From NCBI GenBank assembly GCA_020536535.1, contig JAHLWZ010000193.1, positions 1 to 64,000 of the forward strand: 64,000 nucleotides of DNA, in the 5' to 3' direction. The notes under the pieces are model-generated. The model worked only from the letters and a program-made list of their open reading frames with translations, was not told the DNA's origin and searched no databases. Made by a program: the position numbers and the translations under genes. The stretch's first letter is position 1; each line of letters begins with the position of its first letter. Origin of the DNA: Pelomyxa schiedti (lineage: Eukaryota > Protista > Evosea). Of the stretch, positions 1 to 11,476 are shown one piece after another.

Positions 1-2032
1 GTGGAGGTGGTGCTGGAGTAACAGTAGATGTAGAGTCATTTTCCAAAGGAATTTGGGTGTTGGGTTGCAGCTCCAGTGAAGGATCTTTGGTTTTAACAGC
101 ACCATCAAGGCTGCTAGATTTCTCTGGTGTACCATATCCACATGCTATCCCGGCACTGATACTATGGGAATGTTCCACAATTTCATCTACTGGGCTGGAG
201 CCGTGCAAATTCAGGGAAGTAGTGCCTTGAGACTTCTGATTGAGATTGCTTGTAGTGTTAGTGTCAGATTCAAATTTCCTAGTAGGATATGAAACCGATG
301 GATGAAAAATGGACCACGTCGTAGATTACCTGTCAGTTGCACCAATTTCTGCTTTTTCACTCAAATTTCCATTATTTTCTTCCTCTTGTTTCTCATTCCC
401 AGAGTGCTTGTCAAATTCCAGGCACCCGTTTTCAGGGGCATTTTTGGATTGGTCCATTTGTCCCCCAATTTCTCTGTGTAGCTTCTGCATTTCCTCTCTT
501 TGAGTATGTGTGTCATCCTCAAGATTTTTTATTTTTTGTTGTTGAAGACCATTCTCGTTCTCTAGTTTATTGATGGATTGAACCAGGCGGCTTATTTCGG
601 CTTGCATCTTTTGTAAGGTTGCCTGTTGTTCAGCTTTTTCGTTCTCCAATTTCTTTATTGTTTGAAAGCAGGTGGAGTGCGCAGCTTCAAGTTTCTTGAA
701 AGTGTCTTGTTGGTCACGCTTTTCAGCCTCCATTTTCTTTATTTGCTCCTGTTGCTCTGTTGCCTTTTGCTTCAATTCCAGGAATTTTTGCTTGAGAAGG
801 TGATGCTTCTCTTTAATGATAACACGCTCTTCTTTAAATTTGTGAAGAAGAACCATGACAGCATCCTTTTTCTTGGATTTGTCTTCTATCTCTTTTTCCT
901 TTGACAAGAGGGGGTCAGGGGAGGAGGTGGTTGTTGGGCTTGCTTGTGAAATTACAGTTGGAGATGCTCCACTGGCTAATTGTGTGGGACTTGTGTTTGA
1001 TGCATTGGATGGGGAATCCTTTTCTGTGTATGTTTCAGTCAAACTGGTACTGAGTTTTGTTGGAGCTTTGAGTGGGGCTTCACTTACTTTTGGATTGACA
1101 GCAACTATTTGGTGTGGAAGTTGAATAGGTGGGGGAAATTGAGGTAGAGATGAAGAGGAATCGTGGCCACGCTGGGAAGAATGGCGATGACCAGAGGCAG
1201 AGGTTGCTGCAGATGTTTCACTTGCCCTGTGAGTATGATGGTGGTGGTTGTGATTAGGAGAAGCAGCTGCTCCCTCCGATTTTTGGGTTAAATCAGGCGT
1301 GCCACTGGGGACTGGAGGACTGGCAGCAGTTTGTGCTCCAGATGAAACTGCAGTGTCTTTCTTGGAATCACTCTTCCTGTGGGTGTGGGTTGATGGTGAA
1401 TCAGTAGCAGATTGTTTTACAGTAGAGGCCGGAACGGATTTTGTTGTAGAAGCCGTTTGCTCTGGTACTTTTTCAGTGGAGTGGGCTGGTGGCTTTGTTG
1501 GGGGTGCAGTTGCTTGAGTCTGTGGGGATGGTGTGTGTGCTTGAACCTCCTGTACAACAGAAGGTTTCTCTCGCTGTGTCTGTTGTGCTTCTGTTGTACC
1601 TGTACATTTTGGAGCAGGGGTGGGTGGTTGTTGGGCCTGGGTAGTTTGAGATGGCGTTGGTGTCTGTGCTGTTGATTGTGAGTGTGATGGCGATGGTGAG
1701 TGTGACCTCGACAGCTCTTGGGCAACAGCCGGAGGGACAAGGGAAAGCAAATCGGAGTGTGAGTGAGAGTGCCGTCTGGTGTGCGTGCGGGGAGCGCTGA
1801 GGTGCATTGGCGATGATGACATTGCAGGAGAAGATGACGTGGTGGAAGATGAAGACGACGCCGAAGACGCGGAGGAAGAGGAAGAGGAAGAGGAACCGCT
1901 GGACGAAGTGGTGGTGCTACTGGACGTGGACGAGGGAGTGGAGGTGGCAGCAGTCGAGGAGGGCGGCTTGGTCACCGCCGCAGCCGGGGGCGGGGCGATC
2001 GCGGGGGGTTTTTCATGTGCCAGGAGCGCCAC
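1..2032 (-). CDS. Partial gene (continues past the window start): Ser/Thr/Pro/His-rich low-complexity N-terminal region followed by a C-terminal coiled-coil (heptad-like E/K/Q/L-rich stretch). One intron at 279..329 on the minus strand, with a gtaatc donor and a ctactag acceptor.
   Basis: 568-aa ORF at 326..2032 (minus strand). The track's stop at 326-328 lies inside a 51-nt GT-AG intron. The same frame stays open from 278 to position 1 after splicing (…ATDR|KFESDTNTTSNLNQ…). The first exon / true start near 2032 is uncertain. Confidence 0.55.
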
Positions 2033-2485
2033 CGAGTAAGATCTCGAGCGGTGGAGCTGGGGGGCGGGGGCAGCAGCGCCTCCTGTGCGCGAGGCGTCGC
2101 CACCTTGGTGGCATCGGAATCAGTGGGGAGGGAGGGAGAAAAAAAAAATGGGAGGGGGGAAGATAGCTTACCGGTGCTACGACCCGTGGTGTCTTCCGCC
2201 TCCCGTGACTTGTGGTGTGACTGCACCGCGTGCATCAAGCTGTCACAAAAAAAAAAAGCAAAATTTTGCCGTTCTTCTTGAACGTGTTCGGTGTTCAGGG
2301 AATCACAGCTGATGGTGTCACTTCCTCTCTGAGCCCCACCGCCCAAATGTGCTGGTACTGGGGGCCAAAGGTACATCAGAGCTGCCAAGCAGGGCCAAGA
2401 CCTCCTACGACCCTCCAACAGCAGATCCACGCGAAACGAAAGTGAGAAACACAAGCAAAAAAACAAGAAAAAGGAGAACAAAAAC
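2033..2485. promoter_or_regulatory. Probable divergent (bidirectional) promoter / 5'UTR region between the minus-strand gene starting near 2032 and the plus-strand PTH2 gene at 2486. Contains A10/A11 runs.
   Basis: Position between two divergently oriented gene starts; homopolymer A runs at about 2143-2152 and 2248-2258. No TATA box or transcription start site could be confirmed from sequence. Confidence 0.25.
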
Positions 2486-3980
2486 ATGTCGCTGTCGCCT
2501 CTTGAATCCACGTCCCCCCGCAACGAGGACCAAACACCCCAGCAACAGCAACAACCACCCTCCCAATCGCCATCGTCGTCACCGCCCCACCAACAGCAGC
2601 CACCACCATCGCTCCAGCCACAGCAGCTCCAACTCCAACCACAGCCAATGCCATCATATCACGGGGGCGGAGGCAGCCGCCACACATCGCCCACTCCGCC
2701 GTTCTTCTCACACACAGCCCCCGTGGTGCTGCTGCCCACGTGCCTCTCTTCCTCCGCGTCGTCGTCGTCGTCGATGGTATCCCCGGGGGCCTCGACGCCG
2801 TCCATGTCTGTGGTGCTGGCGCCGGTGTCGCCGTCGCTCTCGCCGTCGCTGATGTGCGTGAGCCCGCACCTGCCCTCCGTGGTGCAGTCGCCCCGCATAC
2901 CGTCGCCCCCGCCGTCGTCGCCCGCGCTGTCGCCCGCCCCGGGCTGCTTCATGATGCTGGGCGGGGGCACTGGGGGCTTGCTGGGCTCCTCCTCGTCGTC
3001 CTCGTCGGGGGCGTCGTCGCTGACGGCGTCGGGCGCGGGCATGGGTGCCTCTGGGGGCATGACATTCGATGGGAGTAGCTATGATGAAGAGTTGAGTGCC
3101 AGCATCCGCTTGTCACTTGAGAGAAGTAGTTCTGCTTCCCCTGAGCCTCAATCTCTGCATTTGAATAGGTTTCTTCTTCTTTCCCCCCACCCCCTTTTTT
3201 TTCTTCTCCTATCTTCTATCTTAAACTTCATGGGTACTGAAGCTTACCTGGTTTTTTTTGGTTTTGGGTTGTTGGAAATTCAGGAGTGGGGAGGATATCA
3301 GTGATATACCACCTACTATTTCTTGCATGGCGACAAAGTTTCCACCACTTGGGCATTCTGCACTCTCCATTGATAATAATGAAATTTTAATGGAAAAGCT
3401 ACAAGCTGTGGCTGCATCCCAACAACGGAAAAGACGTCAGCAAATCAAAATGGTAATTTATTTAAAATTATATATCACTCAACCTAACTCCTACACCCAA
3501 GGTTATGGTTGTTAGGCAAGATTTGAAAATGGTCACTCTTCCAATAAACCCTTTTTACTCCTCAATTATTTCTGCAGGGTGTTGGCAAAATTGCGGCACA
3601 GTGCTGCCATGCAGCACTTGGATTGTACAAAGAAGCCATGGCAACAGACAGAGGAAAAGAACTTGTAAACACTTGGGAGCATTATGGTTGCTGCAAAGTT
3701 GTTGTAAAAGCCAATTCTCAGTTTGAATTGTATGAGTACTGCCATTTTTTGCACTTGGATTTCACATTGCCGTTATAGGGAGACGTTGTTAGGTCAGGCT
3801 CATTCCCTGGACCTCTTTTGTCACCTAGTGGCTGATGCTGGAAGGACACAAGTTACCCCAGGCACTATCACTGTCATGAGCCTTATTGGTATTTCTAAAT
3901 ATCTCTTTTATTGGGACTGATCATTACACAGGGGAGAGTGAGGAAGTCGACAAAATCACAGGACACCTCAAACTTCTGTA
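2486..3980 (+). CDS. PTRH2: Peptidyl-tRNA hydrolase 2 (PTH2/PTRH2 family) with a ~225-aa Ser/Pro/Gln-rich N-terminal extension. Six-exon model: 2486..3168, 3284..3451, 3502..3531 (30-nt micro-exon), 3578..3720, 3779..3888, 3932..3980.
   Basis: The spliced translation reads …QQIKM|VMVVRQDLKM|GVGKIAAQCCHAALGLYKEA…GKELVNTWEHYGCCKVVVKANSQ|ETLLGQAHSLDLFCHLVADAGRTQVTPGTITVMSLIG|GESEEVDKITGHLKLL*. This closely parallels the human PTRH2 core (…[22 protein letters not shown]…KVVVKAPDEETL…[20 protein letters not shown]…VTGHLKLY), quoted from memory. All splice phases were checked by hand. Confidence 0.85.
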
Positions 3981-4097
3981 ATGTTTTTTCCCCCCTTGTT
4001 GTTATTATACCACCCATTGCCACTTCTACCAAAAAAAAAAAATTGTACTGTTGGAGATAGAACATCGCACAGCAAGAACTGTTGCAGTACATCAGAA

Positions 4098-7000
4098 ATG
4101 GAAGACAACGCAATACACTGTGACGAAAAGCCCTTTGAATCATCGGAATCGTTTGATTTCCGGCAATTCACAGAGCGGAAGAACAAAACAGGGAAACAAA
4201 TTCTCAAAACGTTAAACAGAAACAAAGAGATGTCCAGCAATCATAACCGGCACGGCACCAAGCACGACAAACATAAGCACAAACACGACCACGACCACGA
4301 CAACGACAACGACAACGATCACGAAGAAGATGCAGGGGAGAAGTCGTCGTCTCATGGGCACCACCGGCACCACAGATCCGGAGGCGGAAGTGGCCTCAAG
4401 GACGAAGGCAGCCACAGAGCCGACGACTACGTAGGAGGCGGCGGCGGCAGAGAAGAGGAGGCCGCCGGTGGTGGTGGTGCGCAGGAGAAAAGCTCCGAGC
4501 ATAGCGGAGAGGGGGCAGCGGCTAGATCGGCGTCGACGTCTCTGTCTTTGTCGGCCTCCATCTCGCCGTCGTTGGCAGCGGCTCTACCGCCTGTGCGGTC
4601 GCCGTCCCCTTCGGGCGTCTTGTTATCGGCGTCGTGCCCGCTGTCGGCGTCTCCGGCGGTGCCCCCGCCGAGCACTTCGCCTTTTCTTGGGCCTGTGAGT
4701 GGGTCTGGAAACCAACTTGGGGTAGGCTTTTGTCAATCTCTGGGAAAACTTAAAGCCTCGCTTCTCTTCTCCTCTTTTTTTCTAATTCTTTGATTCTCTT
4801 CTGACGAAAAACATAGCTCAAGAGCGATGATTCCATGGGAAATCCTTCAGGAGGTAGGACTCTGAGCCTTGTATTGGTATTTTGTAACAGTATTCTCCAT
4901 AGCTACCAGCAAGGAGCTTTTAATGAAGCGACTTATGGAGCAGCGGCAAAGGAAGTCAAACGCAACGGCTGAGGCAAAGCGGAAGCAAATTGAGGAAGAC
5001 CAAAAACAAAAGTTGCTTGCAGAAGAAGCAGAGAAAAAACGAAAGCAAGAGGAGGAAGAGCAGAGATTGGCTGAAGAGAAACGACAAGAGGAAGAGCGGC
5101 TGGCAGAGATCAAACGTAAAGAAGACCTAGCAAAGAAAGAAGCTGAAGAACGAGCAAATAGAATAGAATCCGAAAGGCAAGCAAAAGTTGCACAGATAAA
5201 AGTTCAAGAACAACCAGCATGGGGTCAACTTCTGAGGAAAAAAAGTACCGCCGGAGGATTGAATGAACTTTCTCCACCGACATCTTCACTCGCACCTCCA
5301 ATCACACTCACCCCTGTACCGACACCTACACTACCATCTCACACTCACTCACCGTCTCTTTCACAATCTCCAACTACAGTTCCGTCTCTGTTAGTTACAC
5401 CACCACATGACCTTCGGGCTGCAACTCCACCAGTCATCACAAGTAATACAGCCACTCATCCGTTGAATCGAGCTAAATCGGCACAAACTTTCAAGAAGTC
5501 ATTTGTACCCACAGACCAAAGTGGTGGTGAGGAGCTGGCAAAAAAACTTGCAAAGATGCGTGGTTCCACTTCAAGTTCAGATAGTCAGTCAAGCACACCT
5601 CTCACATGTGGCTCCTTGTCCAAGTCTACATTGGTAGATGTGAAAGACACAAAAGTGGAGGCAAACACTAACGCGTTGAAGCAGCAACAAGTAAGTGTGA
5701 CTGGATTTCCATTCAATGTGAAATTGAAATCCAAAAGTACATCTCTACTAAACAAGCTAGCTGAAGAACCTGCAGTACAACTTTGTCCACCCCTTCCCAG
5801 TAGCTCTGAAAATTCTAGTGGCACGGTTCAAGGAGCAAATACCGTACTCGACGCACCTGTACTTTTAATAACACCACCAGTAGTTGTAGTAACAGCACCA
5901 ATATCACCTTCCTTCTCCCAGGCGATCACAATGGAGATAACAAACACCATTCCGCCTCAAGCAACATCATCAGAGGATTCCAGCCAACATCCTTCCGATC
6001 TTGTGAAAACGGGGATTCCAGAGCTACCGGATTCACACGCCGAAGAAGTACCCCATAATGTTCCATGTCCGAACTCGGTGATCGACACTGCATCCGAACA
6101 CCCTAAGATAAAGCATAAAAAGAACAAAAGGGAAGAACTTGCTGAGACTGAGGTATGTCCGGTTGAGGAAGCTCAGATTACCACCACAGTGGAAGAAGTT
6201 GAACATCACCACCATAGAAAGAAATCTCAACCCGAAATGCAAGAACCCCTCAGACTCCAACAGGAAGAAGAAGAGCAAAGAAAGAAAGAGAGGAAACGGA
6301 GGCATGAAGAGAAACGGAAAAAGAAAGAGGAGAAATTACAGAAACAAAGTGAAAGAGCAACGGAAGAGACACCACCTATCAGAGAAGTAGAGACGGTCGA
6401 ACACCTCATGGGAGAAGAAAGACAACAGACCGAGCAATCAGATGGGAACCACGTAAGAGAAGAGCCTATCGGAAGAGAGCTTGACAGCAAGTGTGCTGTG
6501 CCAGAAGCAAACTCCGCTGATGAAAAACCTCAGCCACTTGAAAATGCCGAGGCAAAACTAGAACCAGAACCCGAACTCGAACCACAACCCCAATTCGATA
6601 CACAAACACAAGCGGGAGCGGAAGTTGAACCTGAAGATCAAGCTCAAGCCGAACCAGAAACTCAAATTCAAACTCACGCGGAAGCTGAAGATCAAGCTCG
6701 ACCTGAAGCGGAACCAAAACCAGAACCAGAAGTTACTGCGATGGCACAATTGGAAACGGAAGTGGAAGTAGTTTCAGAGAAGAAACAAATTGCTGAGTTA
6801 GCTCAGCCAGCTGAAGAAGCGCCAAGGCGGCTAGAAGAAGAGGAGAAGACCAGGGAAGATAAGAGTAAACAAATTGAAGACGAGGCTAGCCTTTTGGAAG
6901 TAGAAGCGGAAAATAGACAACTAACAGAACAAAAAGAAGAATTGAAATGTGTAGTTGACGAGGCCAAACTCCTTCGTGAAGAAGAGAATAAAAAACTTGA

Positions 7001-8286
7001 AGAGGCTGAGCATGAACGAGCTGAAGAGGCACGAAAAGAGGAAGACAAAGAAAAAATGGAAGCGGCACTTAGAGCAGAGGAAGAGGCTAAAAGAATTGCT
7101 GAAGAGAAGGAGGTTCGAGAAGAACCTGAGAGACGAATTGCTGAAGAGGAAGCGCAGAAACAAGTGCATGAAATGCAACAGGGAGATCACCAGCGGCACC
7201 GCGTGGAAGAGGAAGATAAGGTTCAACAGTTAGAAGAAAAAAGAAGCGTGGAAGTTCAAAATGAAACACATAGTGGCATCAGAGATGAGGATAGTAAACC
7301 GTTTGAAGTGAAAGAGCCGGGAACAAAAGTGGTTCTGACACCACTTGAAAATGTGCAACAAGTTATTATACCCTTACACGTTGAGACCCTCCCAATAGAG
7401 GTGATGGATGTGACAACAGAACCCACTCCCATAAAACCACAAATCACCGTCAAGTCAGACTCTCCAGAATCCCAAGTCGCCCCCCAACTTGTACAGCAGC
7501 ACACAGCCACACATTTGGAGAATGCTTCATCACACCAAATGGACCAGGAACCGGTTGTGAAGAATGCCTTGGCACACGCTTCGTCACCTCCACAGCCAGC
7601 AATAAAATCTGTGGAACCAGGCAAAGTCAACACGACCATTGCTATCCTAACAAGTGTCGTGCCGACTGTTGTTAGACGTGAACCAGAACACCTTGCACAA
7701 ACCAACATTGTACAGCAGCAGAGGGAGAAGTTTTTATCACTGCAACCAACAATAAAATGTTCAGCAAAGAGCCCTTTAATACAACCCTCTGCTGTCCAAA
7801 GTGCACGAGGAGTTTTCATGAAGGTTTCCATACCTCCTTTATTTGTTTGATTCCTAACTTCTTTACGCAGACCCAAACCGCGGGACCTAACACTAGTACT
7901 GGGGATGATAAACTCTCCCTCAGTCAGGCGGCAGCAGCTCGCCGTCGTGAAGAACTGCGGAGGAAGCGGGAAGAAGAGGAGGCCCGTAAAAGGGAAGAAG
8001 AAGCCATCAAAAGAGCCGAGACCCGCAAGTGGTTTGAGGAGTGGGAACGGAAGCAAAAGGCACAAGTGGGTAATTCCTGAAGGCACAACACCACACCAAC
8101 CAACAACCTTGTTATCAGTAAGTGTATAGTTCTATGGAGCAATATTTCTCTTTTCGTCACATGAACGATTTGTGTCACAGCTTCAGAGAGGCTTGTAGCT
8201 GTGGTTGTGAGGGAGGCGGTGCTTGATGCAACCGTGAAGAAGTGCCGAGGGAGATTGTTGATGGTAGGGATGATAGCCACCGTGTG
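4098..8286 (+). CDS. Large Glu/Lys/Arg-rich coiled-coil protein with a His/Asp-rich N-terminal block (HDKHKHKHDHDHDNDNDNDHEED) and central acidic Glu-Pro repeats. Multi-exon: 4098..4694, 4817..4853, 4891..7823, 7871..~8069, 8181..~8286. Family unknown.
   Basis: In-frame joins verified: …FLGP|LKSDDSMGNPSG|VFSIATSKELLMKRLMEQRQRK…; the 993-aa ORF at 4869..7850; the donor AAG|gtttcc at 7823 and the acceptor cag|ACCCAAACC at 7871; the KREEEEARKREEEAIKRAETRKWFEEWERKQKAQ exon. The last exon assignment is tentative. Confidence 0.6.
6541..6735 (+). repeat. Coding acidic repeat (EPEPELEPQPQ… / AEAEDQA… / PEAEPKPEPE) inside the coiled-coil protein gene.
   Basis: Reiterated gaacc(a/c)gaa / cctgaa motifs with a 6-nt periodicity; the minus-strand ORFs 6466..6749 are antisense artefacts of this repeat. 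Confidence 0.6.
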
Positions 8287-8415
8287 ATGCTCTCGGTCAC
8301 TTGGTCCTGTGTGTCACTTGGTCCTGTGTCACACTGCTGGAGTTGGTGGTGCTGGGTGCAGTGGCCGACGCTGATGAAGGCGGCGACGATGGAGAGAGGG
8401 CGATGGCAAAGCCTG

Positions 8416-9945
8416 TTAACCTCTGTGTGACGGACGGATGCGGTCAGCGGTGGAGTTATGGGAGGAATGACCTTCGACGTCGGGTGGCGGAAGCAATCTC
8501 TTCTGTTCATCCAGGAACGTTTTTTGGGCTGCAAGGGGCAAAGCGTGGAACACCGAGTCGACGATAACACCATGAATCATTTCGGTGGTAAGAATGCCGA
8601 AGCTCCACACGTCTCCTGTGTTTAATCTTAGGAACTTAGTGGAAGGAATGAAGAAGAAACCTTTGGATGTGTATTCGTCTGTGAACATCTGTGGTGACAT
8701 GTAAAGTGGTGTGCCCGGGCCTTTGGTTTGCGTGTGCTGTTGTTGGACTGCAGCTTGAGAATTCATTCCACGAGACACACCTTTGAGAAAGTGTGGGGGG
8801 CAGCCTTACCAAGAATAAACACACCAAAATCGCATATTTTCGGAGTTCCGTGTGAATCCAAAAGGACATTGTTACTACTGAGATCTCTGTGCATATAATT
8901 TTGCCTGTCATAGGGAAAGTTTTGTGTTTTGATTTATTGTTGAAACTGAAATACCTGTGAATACCATCCATTCCTTTGGAAACACCAAGTGCAATGGCGG
9001 CAACTTCCTGGAACTTCAATCGTTTCTGTTTTTGCGTTTGTAATGTCATGGATGGGAAGCAGATAAAAACCTGGGAAAGAAGATGCCTTAGACTGCAAAA
9101 CATGAGCTCGGACACAATGAGTAATTTCCCGGATTCTGTGGTGCACGTCCCTAGGCACTTCACAATGTTGGGATGCCTCAAACCACTCACAATCTGTATT
9201 ATGTATTTAATTTGTTTGGTTTTGTTCAGCGAATATAAAAGTTTAAAAGATTTAAAAGAAAGAGTTGGAAACCTCTGCTTCAAGCCTGAAGCGGTCAACG
9301 TTGTAATCTGATATAATCACATCGTGAAGTGACTTTACAGCAACTTCCCTTGATGATGGAACGTGTGTCCCTTTGAACACAGTCCCGTAGGACCCACTCC
9401 CCAGGGATGTTGAAATTTTCAGGTCCGTTTCTTGTATGGCCAGTACAGGTGTCATTCTCACATTCACCTGCAGTTGTTGTTCACCGTTTGATAAATCTTA
9501 TTGTTGGCCCGGTGTTAGCCAATTGCAAGAGAGAAAGGGGTGGAAAAAAACCCGCTGATGGCAGAAGGGATGACAATGACAATGTGGTCCCTGTCAGCGG
9601 TAGTTCGGTGTGGGTATCATTGTTGGAGTTCGTCTGTCTGGATACTGCCACAACCTGGTAGTTTTCATCAACTCCAAACCGCTTTTCTATTTCCATCTTC
9701 ACAATCTTGTTGGAGATGAGTTCTCATGGATATTAGGGGTACTTGCCTTGTCAAATGGACATAAACAGCAAAATGAATCTTGAAATGTAATCTTGTGCCG
9801 GTCCAATGTGATTGAAACTTCCTTCATCACACACTCTGATTGTTGTGTTGAGTTCTTCTGATCCGGTGCTGCTGTGACGTGTCTTTCCCCTTCTGGTTGG
9901 TGTTCTGGAGGAGAAGGACGTGCTGGTAAAAGGGACTTGACCCAA
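8416..9945 (-). CDS. Cytoplasmic TKL-type Ser/Thr protein kinase (MLK/Raf-like catalytic motifs), multi-exon.
   Basis: Exon translations on the minus strand: LGSGSYGTVFKGTH…VAVK (9252..9467); HPNIVKCLGTCT…LLIVSELM; ALGVSKGMDGIHR|QNYMHRDLSSNNVLLDSHGTPKICDFGV (spliced across a 49-nt intron near 8840-8890); GTPLYMSPQMF…DVWSFGILTTEM (8416..8778). Confidence 0.8.
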
Positions 9946-10080
9946 GATCCTTGCTGAATGTGCTGCAGAATGTGGTCAATACCTGTTATTTTTGGTTAAT
10001 TTTTGTTGGTTGTTGATATTGAGCACGGCAACAAACATTACATGCACGAACACACATTCTTCCTGCTTCTTGAATAGCCA

Positions 10081-11164
10081 TCACTGTTTTAGAGAGAGAT
10101 CATTAATGGTTGTGATTAAGATGGGTCGCACACTTTCTGTTTGTTCATCAAGTTCCTGTTTAACTTTTGTTGTATTCAAAGCTTCATTCTGCTCTGATAG
10201 CTTTGCAACCTCGTTTTTGAGCCGACTAATCTCATTTTCCTGTCTCTGCAGCCGGCCAACTGCCGAAAAACAGTCCCCACCGCCTCCAAGCCATTGAACC
10301 ACAATGGTTGGTTTGTCTCCAGGCACTATGAAAACTCCATCTTTCTGCAAAGTTCCAGTCTGGCTGGTTTTTAGCGTCCCCCTATAAGTCGTGAATGTTA
10401 CTATGCCTTGGCCAACACCATCGGCTGTGAAAGAGCCCATGAACATGTCTCCATTTGGCCACTTCTTGGTTCCATATGTTGGCGCTCCCATTTCCCAATC
10501 ACCAACAAACGAGGTGCCGTCGCGTGCCCAGGTTTTCGTCCCCGAGCCATGCTCCTGCCCATACGCCCAATCACCTTCGTACGTGGTGCCATCGCTCCAT
10601 ACCCTCACGCCCTTCCCGTGGAACATGTCGTTCTGCCACTCCCCAACATAGCATCCCCCTTCTCCGCTACCAAAGAGCATGCTCCCTGTGCCGGTTTTCA
10701 CGCCGGTCAAATTTCCCATGGAAGATGTCGCCCGTGTCCAGCGACCTCAAAGTGCCATACCCGTGCCGCTTGTCCCACTTCCACTCGCCCTCATACACCG
10801 TCTCTAGTGTGACATAGTCATCATTGGCGCCGCTCCTCACTTTCGCCATTTGCACACCCCACCCGTGCTTGTAATTTGCGCCGTCTCTATCGCTCTCCTT
10901 CCATTCGGCGTCAACCAGTTCGTCATGGGTCTCCCATGTGCCCTTGGCCCACGCGCCACCACGCCACAGGCCTGAGTAGGAGCCCTCACTGCTGTCTAAC
11001 ACACCCCACCCGTCCCTCTGGTTGTTGAAAAACTCGCCTTCGTACGTGGATCCGTCAGGGTAACACAGAGTCGAACGACCTTGCAACGTAATGTACTGAG
11101 GGCCCCTGTTGGTGGGCCTTCTCCCCCTGTACATTGTTTCGAAACAAAACAGTTCTTCGACCAA
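10081..11164 (-). CDS. MORN-repeat protein (≥8 MORN-like YxGxWxxGxxHGxG units) with a C-terminal coiled-coil. Reading frame breaks near 10700.
   Basis: ORFs 10667..11164 and 10081..10719 (minus) both encode MORN repeats (YEGEWKWDKRHGYGT… / YVGEWQNDMFHGKGVRVWSDGTTYEGDW…) but sit in frames offset by +1 and overlap at 10667-10719. The tail reads …RLQRQENEISRLKNEVAKLSEQNEAL. Confidence 0.75.
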
Positions 11165-11476
11165 TTTGACATGGAGATTTGTGTTGTTCCCAAAATTTGC
11201 TAAACGATGTGCCGCAGTAACAGCAGTTTTTGTGCCACGGTAGTTTCAGAGGAGCTAATGATGCCACAAATTGGTCTAGAGCTAAGAGATGTACAAATGT
11301 AAACCGCTTTCGTACACTCACTTCGTCGTTTCGCCGATGCATTGATGTTTCCTTTTCGTCGTTCAAACGAACTCTTGGAAATCAAAAACCAAAAACCAAC
11401 GACGGTTAATTTAGTGGTGCTGGCGGAACCTTGTTAGCTGTCCACAACGAATAAGTCGAGACCGCAACCTATTATT

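Noticed and set aside
8175-8573. 132-aa minus-strand ORF and two plus-strand ORFs (8242..8430, 8301..8567) between the coiled-coil gene and the TKL kinase
   Set aside because: No conserved motifs. The plus-strand coiled-coil gene appears to end with an exon at about 8181-8286, and the kinase's last exon ends at 8416. The region also holds a short tandem duplication (tcacttggtcctgtgtg ×2 at ~8291-8330), which suggests UTR or intergenic sequence.
10690-10725. Possible 35-nt micro-intron (gtgaaaacc…ctttggtag) to reconcile the two MORN ORFs
   Set aside because: It is far shorter than every other intron in the window (40-110 nt), and removing it does not restore the downstream MORN frame. The discontinuity is reported as an unresolved frameshift instead.
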